In this document: positions 26,901 to 40,600 of the stretch, piece after piece
Layout: each line of letters starts with the position of its first letter
How positions within the stretch are numbered: position 1 is the first letter of the stretch
DNA from: Eledone cirrhosa
Taxonomy: Eukaryota
Direction: 5' to 3'
DNA: 64,000 bases
Assembly: GCA_964016885.1 (NCBI GenBank)
Contig: OZ024741.1
Coordinates: 407,650,001 to 407,714,000 of the forward strand
Program-made: the position numbers and the translations under genes
The notes under the pieces: model-generated
What the model was told of the DNA's origin: nothing
The model's database searches: none
Seen by the model: only the letters and a program-made list of their open reading frames with translations

Positions 26901-27599
26901 GTTGGTACTGGTACTGGTGGTGTTGGTGGTAGTGTTGGTACAAGTGTTGTTGGCGGTAGTGTTGGTATTGGTGGTGTTTGTGGTAGTGTTGGTACTGGTG
27001 GTGTTGGTGGTAGTGTAGGTACTGGTAGTGTTGGTGGTACTGTTGGTACTGGTAGTGTTGGTGGTAGTATTGGTACTGTTACTGGTGGTATTGTTGGTAG
27101 TGTTGGTATTGGTGGTGTTGGTGGTAGTGTTGGTACTGGTGGTGTTGGTGGAAGTGTTGGTACTGGTAGTGTTGGTGGTAGTGTTGGTACTGGTGGTGTT
27201 GGTGTTGGTACTGGTGGTGTTGGTGGTAGTGTTGGTACTGATGGTGGAGGTGGTAGTGTTGTTACAGGTAGTGTTGGTGGTAGTGTTGGTATTGGTGGTG
27301 TTGGTGGTAGTGTTGGTACTTGTGGTGTTGGTGGTAGTGTTGGTATTGGTGGTGTTGGTGGTAGTGTTGTTACTGGTGGTGTTGGTGGTAGTGTTGGTAC
27401 TGGTGGTGTTGGTGGTAGTTTTGGTACTGGTGGTGTTGGTGGTAGTGTTGGTACTGGTACTGGTGGTGTTGGTGGTAGTGTTGGTACTGGTGTTGTTGTT
27501 GGTAGTCTTGGCACTGGTGGTGTTGGTGGTAGTGTTGGTACTGGTGGTGTTGGTGGTAGTGTTGGTACTGGTGGTGTTGGTGGTAGTGTTGGTACTGGT

Positions 27600-30500
27600 A
27601 CTGGTGGTGTTGGTGGTAGTGTTGGTACTGGTGTTGTTGGTGGTAGTCTTGGCACTGGTGGTGTTGGTGGTAGTGTTGGTACTGGTGGTGTTGGTGGTAG
27701 TGTTGGTACTGGTGGTGTTGGTGGTAGTGTTGGTACTGGTGGTGTTGGTGGTAGTGTTGGTACAGGTGATATTGGTGGTAGTGTTGGTATTGGTGGTGTT
27801 GGTGGTAGTGTTGGTATTGGTGGTGTTGGTGGTAGTGTTGGTACTGGTGGTGTTGGTGGTAGTGTTGGTACTGGTGGTGTTTGTGGTAGTGTTGGTACTG
27901 GTGGTGTTGGTGGTAGTGTTGGTACTGGTAGTGTTGGTGGTAGTATTGGTACTGTTATTGGTGGTGTTGGTGGTAGTGTTGGTATTGGTGGTGTTGGTGG
28001 TAGTGTTGCTACTGGTGGTGTTGGTGGAAGTGTTGGTACTGGTGGTGTTGGTGGTAGTATTGCTACTGGTGGTGTTGGTGGAAGTGTTGGTACTGGTGGT
28101 GTTGGTGGTAGTGTTGCTACTGGTGGTGTTGGTGGAAGTGTTGGTACTGGTGGTGTTGGTGGTAGTGTTGCTACTGGTGGTGTTGGTGGTAGTGTTGGTA
28201 CTGGTGGTGTTGGTGGTAGTGTTGGTACTGGTGGTGTTGGTGGTAGTGTTGGTACTGGTGGTGTTGGTGGTAGTGTTGGTACTGGTGGTGTTGGTGGTAG
28301 TGTTGGTACAGGTGATGTTGGTGGTAGTGTTGGTATTGGTGGTGTTGGTGGTAGTGTTGGTATTGGTGGTGTTGGTGGTAGTGTTGGTACTGGTGGTGTT
28401 GGTGGTAGTGTTGGTACTGGTGGTATTGGTGGTAGTGTTGGTACTGTTGGTGTTGGTGGTAGTGTTGGTACTGGTGGTGTTGGTGGTAGTGTTGGTACTG
28501 GTGGTGTTGGTGGTAGTGTTGGTACTGGTGGTGTTGGTGGTAGTGTTGGTACTGGTGGTGTTGGTGGTAGTGTTGGTACTGGTGGTGTTGGTGGTAGTGT
28601 TGGTACAGGTGATGTTGGTGGTAGTGTTGGTATTGGTGGTGTTGGTGGTAGTGTTGGTATTGGTGGTGTTGGTGGTAGTGTTGGTACTGGTGGTGTTGGT
28701 GGTAGTGTTGGTACTGGTGGTGTTTGTGGTAGTGTTGGTACTGGTGGTGTTGGTGGTAGTGTTGGTACTGGTAGTGTTGGTGGTAGTATTGGTACTGTTA
28801 TTGGTGGTGTTGGTGGTAGTGTTGGTATTGGTGGTGTTGGTGGTAGTGTTGCTACTGGTGGTGTTGGTGGAAGTGTTGGTACTGGTGGTGTTGGTGGTAG
28901 TATTGCTACTGGTGGTGTTGGTGGAAGTGTTGGTACTGGTGGTGTTGGTGGTAGTGTTGGTACTGGTGGTGTTGGTGGTAGTGTTGCTACTGGTGGTGTT
29001 GGTGGAAGTGTTGGTACTGGTGGTGTTGGTGGTAGTGTTGCTACTGGTGGTGTTGGTGGTAGTGTTGGTACTGGTGGTGTTGGTGGTAGTGTTGGTACTG
29101 GTGGTGTTGGTGGTAGTGGTGGTATTGGTGGTGTTGGTGGTAGTGTTGCTATTGGTGGTGTTGGTGGTAGTGTTGGTACTGGTGGTGGTGGTGGTAGTGT
29201 TGGTACTGATGGTGTTGGTGGTAGTGGTGGTATTGGTGGTGTTGGTGGTAGTGTTGCTATTGGTGGTGTTGGTGGTAGTGGTGGTATTGGTGGTGTTGGC
29301 GGTAGTGTTGGTACTGGTGGTGTTGGTGGTAATGTTGGTATTGGTGGTGTTGGTGGTAGTGTTGGTCCTGGTACTGGTGGTGTTGGTGGTAGTGTTGGTA
29401 CTGGTGGTGTTGGTGGTAGTGTTGGTACTAGTGGTGTTGGTGGTAGTGTTGGTACTGGTGGTGTTGGTGGTAGTGTTGGTACTGGTGGTGTTGGTGATCG
29501 TGTTGGTATTGGTGGTATTGGTGGTACTGTTGGTACTGGTGGTGTTGGTGGTAGTTTGTACTGGTGGTGTTGGTGGTGGTGTTGTTACTGGTACTGGTGG
29601 TGTTGGTTGTAGTGTTGGTACTGGTGGTGTTGGTGGTAGTGGTGGTATTGGTGGTGTTGGTGGTAGTGTTGGTATAGGTGGTGTTGGTGGTAGTATTGGT
29701 ACTGGTGGTGTTGGTGGTAGTGTTGGTATTGGTGGTGTTGGTGGTAGTGTTGGTACTGGTGGTGTTGGTGGTAGTGTTTGTGGTAGTGTTGGTACTGGTG
29801 GTGTTGGTGGTAGTGTTGGTACTGGTGGTGTTGGTGGTACTGTTGGTATTGGTGGTGTTTGTGGTAGTGTTGGTACTGGTGGTGTTGGTGGTAGTGTTGG
29901 TACTGGTATTGGTGGTGTTGGCGGTAGTGTTGGTACTGGTGGTGTTGGTGGTAGTGTTGGTAGTGGTACTGGTGGTGTTGGTGGTAGTGTTGGTACTGGT
30001 GTTGTTGGTGGTAGTCTTGGCACAGGTGGTGTTGGTGGTAGTGTTGGTACTGGTGGTGTTGGTGGTAGTGTTGGTACTGGTGGTGTTGGTGGTAGTGTTG
30101 GTACTGGTGGTGTTGGTGGTAGTGTTGGTACAGGTGATGTTGGTGGTAGTGTTGGTATTGGTGGTGTTGGTGGTAGTGTTGGTATTGGTGGTGTTGGTGG
30201 TAGTGTTGGTACTGGTGGTGTTGGTGGTAGTGTTGGTACTGGTGGTGTTTGTGGTAGTGTTGGTACTGGTGGTGTTGGTGGTAGTGTTGGTACTGGTAGT
30301 GTTGGTGGTAGTATTGGTACTGTTATTGGTGGTGTTGGTGGTAGTGTTGGTATTGGTGGTGTTGGTGGTAGTGTTGCTACTGGTGGTGTTGGTGGAAGTG
30401 TTGGTACTGGTGGTGTTGGTGGTAGTATTGCTACTGGTGGTGTTGGTGGAAGTGTTGGTACTGGTGGTGTTGGTGGTAGTGTTGCTACTGGTGGTGTTGG

Positions 30501-32300
30501 TGGAAGTGTTGGTACTGGTGGTGTTGGTGGTAGTGTTGCTACTGGTGGTGTTGGTGGTAGTGTTGGTACTGGTGGTGTTGGTGGTAGTGTTGGTACTGGT
30601 GGTGTTGGTGGTAGTGTTGGTACTGGTGGTGTTGGTGGTAGTGTTGGTACTGGTGGTGTTGGTGGTAGTGTTGGTACAGGTGATGTTGGTGGTAGTGTTG
30701 GTATTGGTGGTGTTGGTGGTAGTGTTGGTATTGGTGGTGTTGGTGGTAGTGTTGGTACTGGTGGTGTTGGTGGTAGTGTTGGTACTGGTGGTATTGGTGG
30801 TAGTGTTGGTACTGTTGGTGTTGGTGGTAGTGTTGGTACTGGTGGTGTTGGTGGTAGTGTTGGTACTGGTGGTGTTGGTGGTAGTGTTGGTACTGGTGGT
30901 GTTGGTGGTAGTGTTGGTACTGGTGGTGTTGGTGGTAGTGTTGGTACTGGTGGTGTTGGTGGTAGTGTTGGTACAGGTGATGTTGGTGGTAGTGTTGGTA
31001 TTGGTGGTGTTGGTGGTAGTGTTGGTATTGGTGGTGTTGGTGGTAGTGTTGGTACTGGTGGTGTTGGTGGTAGTGTTGGTACTGGTGGTGTTTGTGGTAG
31101 TGTTGGTACTGGTGGTGTTGGTGGTAGTGTTGGTACTGGTAGTGTTGGTGGTAGTATTGGTACTGTTATTGGTGGTGTTGGTGGTAGTGTTGGTATTGGT
31201 GGTGTTGGTGGTAGTGTTGCTACTGGTGGTGTTGGTGGAAGTGTTGGTACTGGTGGTGTTGGTGGTAGTATTGCTACTGGTGGTGTTGGTGGAAGTGTTG
31301 GTACTGGTGGTGTTGGTGGTAGTGTTGCTACTGGTGGTGTTGGTGGAAGTGTTGGTACTGGTGGTGTTGGTGGACAGTGTTGGTACTGGTGGTGTTTGTG
31401 GTAGTGTGCTACTGGGTGTTGGTGGTAGTGTTGGTACTGGTGGTGTTGTGGTAGGTGGTACTGGTGGTGTTGGTGGTAGTGGTGGTATTGTGGTGTTGGT
31501 GGTAGTGTTGCTATTGGTGGTGTTGGTGGTAGTGTTGGTGGTGGTATTGGTGGTGTTGGTGGTAGTGTTGCTATTGGTGGTGTTGGTGGTAGTGGTGGTA
31601 TTGGTGGTGTTGGCGGTAGTGTTGGTACTGGTGGTGTTGGTGGTAATGTTGGTATTGGTGGTGTTGGTGGTAGTGTTGGTCCTGGTACTGGTGGTGTTGG
31701 TGGTAGTGTTGGTACTGGTGGTGTTGGTGGTAGTGTTGGTACTAGTGGTGTTGGTGGTAGTGTTGGTACTGGTGGTGTTGGTGGTAGTGTTGGTACTGGT
31801 GGTGTTGGTGATCGTGTTGGTATTGGTGGTATTGGTGGTACTGTTGGTACTGGTGGTGTTGGTGGTAGTTTGTACTGGTGGTGTTGGTGGTGGTGTTGTT
31901 ACTGGTACTGGTGGTGTTGGTTGTAGTGTTGGTACTGGTGGTGTTGGTGGTAGTGGTGGTATTGGTGGTGTTGGTGGTAGTGTTGGTATAGGTGGTGTTG
32001 GTGGTAGTATTGGTACTGGTGGTGTTGGTGGTAGTGTTGGTATTGGTGGTGTTGGTGGTAGTGTTGGTACTGGTGGTGTTGGTGGTAGTGTTTGTGGTAG
32101 TGTTGGTACTGGTGGTGTTGGTGGTAGTGTTGGTACTGGTGGTGTTGGTGGTACTGTTGGTATTGGTGGTGTTTGTGGTAGTGTTGGTACTGGTGGTGTT
32201 GGTGGTAGTGTTGGGACTGGTATTGGTGGTGTTGGCGGTAGTGTTGGTACTGGTGGTGTTGGTGGTAGTGTTGGTACTGGTACTGGTGGTGTTGGTGGTA
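27600..32300. repeat. Tandem duplication of a ~2.3-kb block (offset 2368 then 2314), each copy with an internal 843-bp duplication; partial third copy from ~33570
   Basis: ACAGGTGAT markers at 27762/28605, 30130 and 33693. Frameshift GTAGTTTGTA at 29551/31865 (also 36367). Markers GGTCCTGGT and GATCGT recur three times. Confidence 0.83.
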
Positions 32301-34699
32301 GTGTTGGTAGTGGTACTGGTGGTGTTGGTGGTAGTATTGTACTGGTACTGGTGGTGTTGGTGGTTGTGTTGGTACTGGTGGTGTTGGTGGTACTGTGAGT
32401 ACTGTTGGTGTTGGTGTTGGTGGTAGTGTTGATACTGGTGGTTATGGTGGTATTGTTGGTACTGGTGGTGTTGGTGGTAGTGTTGGTACTGGTGGTGTTG
32501 GTGTTGGTGTTGGTGTTGGCACTGGTGGTGTTGGTGGTAGTGTTGGTACTGGTGGTGTTGGTGGTAGTGTTGGTGGTAGTGTTGGTACTGGTGGTGTTGG
32601 TGGTAGTGTTGGTACTGGTGGTTTTTGGTGGTAGTGTTGTTACTGGTGGTGTTGGTGGTAGTATTGGTATTGGTGGTGTTGGTGGTAATGTTGGTACAGG
32701 TGGTGTTGGTGGTAGTGTTGGTACTGGTGGTGTTGTTGGTAATGTAGGTACTGGTGGTGTTGGTGGTAGTGTTGGTACTGGTGGTGTTGGTGGTAGTGTT
32801 AGGGACTGGTGGTGTTGGTGGTAGCGTTGGTACTGGTGGTGTTGGTGGTAGTGTTGGTACTGGTAGTGTTGTTGGTAGTGTTGGTACTGGTGGTGTTGGT
32901 GGTAGCGTTGGTACTGGTGGTGTTGGTGGTAGTGTTGGTACTGGTGGTGTTGGTGGTAGTGTTGGTACTGGTGGTGATGGTGGTAGTGTTGGTATTGGTG
33001 GTGTTGGTGGTAGTATTGGTATTGGTGGTGTTGGTGGTAGTGTTGCTACTGGAGGTGTTGGTGGTGGTGTTGGTACTGGTACTGGTGGCGTTGGTGGTAT
33101 TGTTGGTACTGGTGGTGTTGGTGGTAGTGTTGGTACTGGTATTGGTGGTGTTGGTGGTAGTGTTGTTACAGGTAGTGTTGGTGGTAGTGTTGGTATTGGT
33201 GGTGTCGGTGTTAGTGTTGGTACTGGTGGTGTTGGTGGTAGTGTTGGTACTTGTGGTGTTGGTGGTAGTGTTGGTATTGGTGGTGTTGGTGGTAGTGTTG
33301 TTACTGGTGGTGTTGGTGGTAGTGTTGGTACTGGTGGTGTTGGTGGTAGTTTTGGTACTGGTGGTGTTGGTGGTAGTGTTGGTACTGGTACTGGTGGTGT
33401 TGGTGGTAGTGTTGGTACTGGTGTTGTTGGTGGTAGTCTTGGCACTGGTGGTGTTGGTGGTAGTGTTGGTACTGGTGGTGTTGGTGGTAGTGTTGGTACT
33501 GGTGGTGTTGGTGGTAGTGTTGGTACTGGTACTGGTGGTGTTGGTGGTAATGTTGGTACTGGTGTTGTTGGTGGTAGTCTTGGCACTGGTGGTGTTGGTG
33601 GTAGTGTTGGTACTGGTGGTGTTGGTGGTAGTGTTGGTACTGGTGGTGTTGGTGGTAGTGTTGGTACTGGTGGTGTTGGTGGTAGTGTTGGTACAGGTGA
33701 TGTTGGTGGTAGTGTTGGTATTGGTGGTGTTGGTGGTAGTGTTGGTATTGGTGGTGTTGGTGGTAGTGTTGGTACTGGTGGTGTTGGTGGTAGTGTTGGT
33801 ACTGGTGGTGTTTGTGGTAGTGTTGGTACTGGTGGTGTTGGTGGTAGTGTTGGTACTGGTAGTGTTGGTGGTAGTATTGGTACTGTTATTGGTGGTGTTG
33901 GTGGTAGTGTTGGTATTGGTGGTGTTGGTGGTAGTGTTGCTACTGGTGGTGTTGGTGGAAGTGTTGGTACTGGTGGTGTTGGTGGTAGTATCGCTACTGG
34001 TGGTGTTGGTGGAAGTGTTGGTACTGGTGGTGTTGGTGGTAGTGTTGCTACTGGTGGTGTTGGTGGAAGTGTTGGTACTGGTGGTGTTGGTGGTAGTGTT
34101 GCTACTGGTGGTGTTGGTGGTAGTGTTGGTACTGGTGGTGTTGGTGGTAGTGTTGGTACTGGTGGTGTTGGTGGTAGTGTTGGTACTGGTGGTGTTGGTG
34201 GTAGTGTTGGTACTGGTGGTGTTGGTGGTAGTGTTGGTACAGGTGATGTTGGTGGTAGTGTTGGTATTGGTGGTGTTGGTGGTAGTGTTGGTATTGGTGG
34301 TGTTGGTGGTAGTGTTGGTACTGGTGGTGTTGGTGGTAGTGTTGGTACTGGTGGTGTTGGTGGTAGTGTTGGTACTGTTGGTGTTGGTGGTAGTGTTGGT
34401 ACTGGTGGTGTTGGTGGTAGTGTTGGTACTGGTGGTGTTGGTGGTAGTGTTGGTACTGGTGGTGTTGGTGGTAGTGTTGGTACTGGTGGTGTTGGTGGTA
34501 GTGTTGGTACTGGTGGTGTTGGTGATAGTGTTGGTACAGGTGATGTTGGTGGTAGTGTTGGTATTGGTGGTGTTGGTGGTAGTGTTGGTATTGGTGGTGT
34601 TGGTGGTAGTGTTGGTACTGGTGGTGTTGGTGGTAATGTTGGTACTGGTGGTGTTTGTGGTAGTGTTGGTACTGGTGGTGTTGGTGGTAGTGTTGGTAC

Positions 34700-37600
34700 T
34701 GGTAGTGTTGGTGGTAGTATTGGTACTGTTATTGGTGGTGTTGGTGGTAGTGTTGGTACTGGTGGTGGTGGTGGTAGTGTTGGTACTGTTGGTGTTGGTG
34801 GTAGTGGTGGTATTGGTGGTGTTGGTGGTAGTGTTGCTATTGGTGGTGTTGGTGGTAGTGTTGGTACTGGTACAGGTGTTGTCGGTGGTAGTGTTGCTAC
34901 TGGTGGCGTTGGTGGTAGTGTTGGTACTGGTGGTGTTGGTGGTAGTGTTGGTACTGGTGGTGTTGGTGATAGTGTTGGTATTGGTGGTGTTGGTGGTAGT
35001 GTTGGTACTGGTGGTGTTGGTGGTAGTGTTGGTACTGGTACTGGTGGTGTTGGTGGTAGTGTTGGTACTGGTACAGGTGTTGTCGGTGGTAGTGTTGGTA
35101 CTGGTGGCGTTGGTGGTAGTGTTGGTACTGGTGGTGTTGCTGGTACTGTTGGTATTGGTGGTGTTGGTGGTAGTGTTGGTACTGGTGGTGTTGGTGGTAG
35201 TGTTGGCATTGGTGGTGTTGGTGGTAATGTTGGTATTGGTGGTGTAGGTGGTAGTGTTTGTACATGTGCTGTTGGTGGTAGTGTTGGCACTGGTGGTGTT
35301 GGTGGTAGTGTTGGTACTGGTACTGGTGGTGTTGGTGGTAGTGTTGGCACTGGTACTGGTGTTGTCGGTGGTAGTGTTGGTACTGGTGGTGTTGGTGGTA
35401 GTGTTGGTACTGGTGGTGTTGGTTGTAGTGTTGGTACTGGTATTGGAGGTGTTGGTGGTAGTGTTGGTACTGGTGGTGTTGGTGGTAGTGTTGGTATTGG
35501 TGGTGTTGGTGGTAGTGTTTGTACATGTGCTGTTGGTGGTAGTGTTGGTACTGGTGGTGTTGGTGGTAGTGTTGGTACTGGTGGTGTTGGTTGTAGTGTT
35601 GGTACTGGTATTGGAGGTGTTGGTGGTAGTGTTGGTACTGGTGGTGTTGGTGGTAGTGTTGGTATTGGTGGTGTTGGTGGTAGTGTTTGTACATGTGCTG
35701 TTGGTGGTAGTGTTGGTACTGGTGGTGTTGGTGTTAGTGTTGGTACTGGTACTGGTGTTGTCGGTGGTAGTGTTGTTACTGGTGGTGTTGGTGGAAGTGT
35801 TGGTACTGGTGGTGTTGGTGGTAGTGTTGCTACTGGTGGTGTTGGTGGTAGTGTTGCTACTGGTGGTGTTGGTGGAAGTGTTGGTACTGGTGGTGTTGGT
35901 GGTAGTGTTGGTACTGGTGGTGTTGGTGGTAGTGGTGGTATTGGTGGTGTTGGTGGTAGTGTTGCTATTGGTGGTGTTGGTGGTAGTGTTGGTACTGGTG
36001 GTGGTGGTGGTAGTGTTGGTACTGATGGTGTTGGTGGTAGTGGTGGTATTGGTGGTGTTGGTGGTAGTGTTGCTATTGGTGGTGTTGGTGGTAGTGGTGG
36101 TATTGGTGGTGTTGGCGGTAGTGTTGGTACTGGTGGTGTTGGTGGTAATGTTGGTATTGGTGGTGTTGGTGGTAGTGTTGGTCCTGGTACTGGTGGTGTT
36201 GGTGGTAGTGTTGGTACTGGTGGTGTTGGTGGTAGTGTTGGTACTAGTGGTGTTGGTGGTAGTGTTGGTACTGGTGGTGTCGGTGGTAGTGTTGGTACTG
36301 GTGGTGTTGGTGATCGTGTTGGTATTGGTGGTATTGGTGGTACTGTTGGTACTGGTGGTGTTGGTGGTAGTTTGTACTGGTGGTGTTGGTGGTGGTGTTG
36401 TTACTGGTACTGGTGGTGTTGGTTGTAGTGTTGGTACTGGTGGTGTTGGTGGTAGTGGTGGTATTGGTGGTGTTGGTGGTAGTGTTGGTATAGGCGGTGT
36501 TGGTGGTAGTATTGGTACTGGTGGTGTTGGTGGTAGTGTTGGTATTGGTGGTGTTGGTGGTAGTGTTGGTACTGGTGGTGTTGGTGGTAGTGTTGCTACT
36601 GGTGGTGTTGGTGGTAGTGTTGGTACTGGTGGTGTTGGTGGTAGTGTTGGTACTGGTGGTGTTGGTGGTAGTGTTGGTACTGGTGGTGTTGGTGGTAGTG
36701 TTGGTACTGGTGGTGTTGGTGGTAGTGTTGGTACAGGTGATGTTGGTGGTAGTGTTGGTATTGGTGGTGTTGGTGGTAGTGTTGGTATTGGTGGTGTTGG
36801 TGGTAGTGTTGGTACTGGTGGTGTTGGTGGTAGTGTTGGTACTGGTGGTGTTGGTGGTAGTGTTGGTACTGTTGGTGTTGGTGGTAGTGTTGGTACTGGT
36901 GGTGTTGGTGGTAGTGTTGGTACTGGTGGTGTTGGTGGTAGTGTTGGTACTGGTGGTGTTGGTGGTAGTGTTGGTACTGGTGGTGTTGGTGGTAGTGTTG
37001 GTACTGGTGGTTATGGTGGTATTGTTGGTACTGGTGGTGTTGGTGGTAGTGTTGGTACTGGTGGTGTTGGTGTTGGTGTTGGTGTTGGCACTGGTGGTGT
37101 TGGTGGTAGTGTTGGTACTGGTGGTGTTGGTGGTAGTGTTGGTGGTAGTGTTGGTACTGGTGGTGTTGGTGGTAGTGTTGGTACTGGTGGTTTTTGGTGG
37201 TAGTGTTGTTACTGGTGGTGTTGGTGGTAGTATTGGTATTGGTGGTGTTGGTGGTAATGTTGGTACAGGTGGTGTTGGTGGTAGTGTTGGTACTGGTGAT
37301 GTTGGTGGTAGTGTTGGTATTGGTGGTGTTGGTGGTAGTGTTGGTATTGGTGGTGTTGGTGGTAGTGTTGGTACTGGTGGTGTTGGTGGTAGTGTTGGTA
37401 CTGGTGGTGTTTGTGGTAGTGTTGGTACTGGTGGTGTTGGTGGTAGTGTTGGTACTGGTAGTGTTGGTGGTAGTATTGGTACTGTTATTGGTGGTGTTGG
37501 TGGTAGTGTTGGTACTGGTGGTGGTGGTGGTAGTGTTGGTACTGTTGGTGTTGGTGGTAGTGGTGGTATTGGTGGTGTTGGTGGTAGTGTTGCTATTGGT

Positions 37601-40600
37601 GGTGTTGGTGGTAGTGTTGGTACTGGTACAGGTGTTGTCGGTGGTAGTGTTGGTACTGGTGGCGTTGGTGGTAGTGTTGGTACTGGTGGTGTTGGTGGTA
37701 GTGTTGGTACTGGTGGTGTTGGTGATAGTGTTGGTATTGGTGGTGTTGGTGGTAGTGTTGGTACTGGTGGTGTTGGTGGTAGTGTTGGTACTGGTACTGG
37801 TGGTGTTGGTGGTAGTGTTGGTACTGGTACAGGTGTTGTCGGTGGTAGTGTTGGTACTGGTGGCGTTGGTGGTAGTGTTGGTACTGGTGGTGTTGCTGGT
37901 ACTGTTGGTATTGGTGGTGTTGGTGGTAGTGTTGGTACTGGTGGTGTTGGTGGTAGTGTTGGCATTGGTGGTGTTGGTGGTAATGTTGGTATTGGTGGTG
38001 TAGGTGGTAGTGTTTGTACATGTGCTGTTGGTGGTAGTGTTGGCACTGGTGGTGTTGGTGGTAGTGTTGGTACTGGTACTGGTGGTGTTGGTGGTAGTGT
38101 TGGCACTGGTACTGGTGTTGTCGGTGGTAGTGTTGGTACTGGTGGTGTTTGTGGTAGTGTTGGTACTGGTGGTGTTGGTTGTAGTGTTGGTACTGGTATT
38201 GGAGGTGTTGGTGGTAGTGTTGGTACTGGTGGTGTTGGTGGTAGTGTTGGTATTGGTGGTGTTGGTGGTAGTGTTTGTACATGTGCTGTTGGTGGTAGTG
38301 TTGGTACTGGTGGTGTTGGTGGTAGTGTTGGTACTGGTGGTGTTGGTTGTAGTGTTGGTACTGGTATTGGAGGTGTTGGTGGTAGTGTTGGTACTGGTGG
38401 TGTTGGTGGTAGTGTTGGTATTGGTGGTGTTGGTGGTAGTGTTTGTACATGTGCTGTTGGTGGTAGTGTTGGTACTGGTGGTGTTGGTGGTAGTGTTGGT
38501 ACTGGTACTGGTGTTGTCGGTGGTAGTGTTGTTACTGGTGGTGTTGGTGGTAGTGTTGTTACTGGTGGTGTTGGTGGTAGTGTTGGTACTGGTGCTGTTG
38601 GTGGTAGTGTTGGTACTGGTGGTGTTGGTGGTAGTGTTGTTACTGGTGGTGTTGGTGGTAGTGTTGTTACTGGTGGTGTTGGTGGTAGTGTTGTTACTGG
38701 TGGTGTTGGTGGTAGTGTTGGTACTGGTGCTGTTGGTGGTAGTGTTGGTACTGGTGCTGTTGGTGGTAGTGTTGGTACTGGTGGTGTTGGTTGTAGTGTT
38801 GGTACTGGTGCTGTTGGTGGTAGTGGTGGTATTGGTGGTGTTGGTGGTAGTGTTGGTATAGGTGGTGTTGGTGGTAGTGTTGGTACTGGTGGTGTTGGTG
38901 GTAGTGTTGGTATCGGTGGTGTTGGTGGTAGTGTTGGTACTGGTGGTGTTGGTGGTAGTGTTGGTACTGTTACTGGTGGTGTTGGTGGTAGTGTTGGTAT
39001 TGGTGGTGTTGGTGGTAGTGGTGGTACTGGAGGTGTTGGTGGTAGTGATGGTACTGGTGGTGTTGGTGGTAATGTTGGTATTGGTGGTGTTGGTGATAGT
39101 GTCGGTATTGGTGGTGTTGGTGGTACTGTTGGTACTGGTGGTGTTGGTGGTAGTGTTGTCATTGGTGGTGTTGGTGGTGGTGTTGCTACTGGTGGTGTTG
39201 GTGGTAATGTTGGTATTGGTGGTGTAGGTGGTAGTTTTGTTACTGGTGGTGTTGGTGGTAGTGTTGGTACAAGTGCTGTTGGTGGTTGTGTTGGTATTGA
39301 TGGTGTAGGTGGTAGTTTTGTTACTGGTGGTGTTGGTGGTGGTGTTGTTACTGGTACTGGTGGTGGTAGTGTTGGTACTGGTGGTGTTGGTGGTGGTGTT
39401 GTTACTGGTACTGGTAGTGTTGGTGGTAGTGTTGGTACTGGTATTGGAGGTGTTGGTGGTAGTGTTGGTACTGGTGGTGTTGGTGGTAGTGTTGGTACTG
39501 GTGGTGTTGGTGGTAGTGTTGGTACTGGTGGTGTTGGTGGTAGTGTTAGTACTGGTACTGGTGGTGTTGGTGATAGTGTTGGTATTGGTGGTGTTGGTGG
39601 TAGTGTTGGTACAGGTGGTGTTGGTGGAAGTGTTGGTACTGGTGGTGTTGGTGGTAGTGTTGGTATTGGTGGTGTTGGTGGTAGTGTTGGTACTGGTGGT
39701 GTTGATGGTAGTGTTGGTACTGGTGGTGTTGGTGGTAGTGTTGGAATTGGTGGTGTAGGTGGTAGTGTTGTTACTGGTGGTGTTGGTGGTAGTGTTGGTA
39801 CTGGTGGTGTTGGTGGTGGTGTTGTTACTGGTACTGGTAGTGTTGGTGGTAGTGTTGGTACTGGTGGTGTTGGTGGTAGTGTTGGTACAGGTGATGTTGG
39901 TGGTAGTGTTGGTATTGGTGGTGTTGGTGGTAGTGTTGGTACTGGTGGTGTAGGTGGTAGTGTTGGTATTGGTGGTGTTGGTGGTAGTGTTGGTACTGGT
40001 GGTGTTGGTGGTAGTGTTGGTACTGGTGGTGTTTGTGGTAGTGTTGGTACTGGTGGTGTTGGTGGTAGTGTTGGTACTGGTAGTGTTGGTGGTAGTATTG
40101 GTACTGTTATTGGTGGTGTTGGTGGTAGTGTTGGTACTGGTGGTGGTGGTGGTAGTGTTGGTACTGATGGTGTTGGTGGTAGTGTTGGTATTGGTGGTGT
40201 TGGTGGTAGTGTTGCTATTGGTGGTGTTGGTGGTAGTGTTGGTACTGGTACAGGTGTTGTCGGTGGTAGTGTTGGTACTGGTGGCGTTGGTGGTAGTGTT
40301 GGTACTGGTGGTGTTGGTGGTAGTGTTGGTACTGGTGGTGTTGGTGATAGTGTTGGTATTGGTGGTGTTGGTGGTAGTGTTGGTACTGGTGGTGTTGGTG
40401 GTAGTGTTGGTACTGGTACTGGTGGTGTTGGTGGTAGTGTTGGTACTGGTACAGGTGTTGTCGGTGGTAGTGTTGGTACTGGTGGCGTTGGTGGTAGTGT
40501 TGGTACTGGTGGTGTTGCTGGTACTGTTGGTATTGGTGGTGTTGGTGGTAGTGTTGGTACTGGTGGTGTTGGTGGTAGTGTTGGCATTGGTGGTGTTGGT

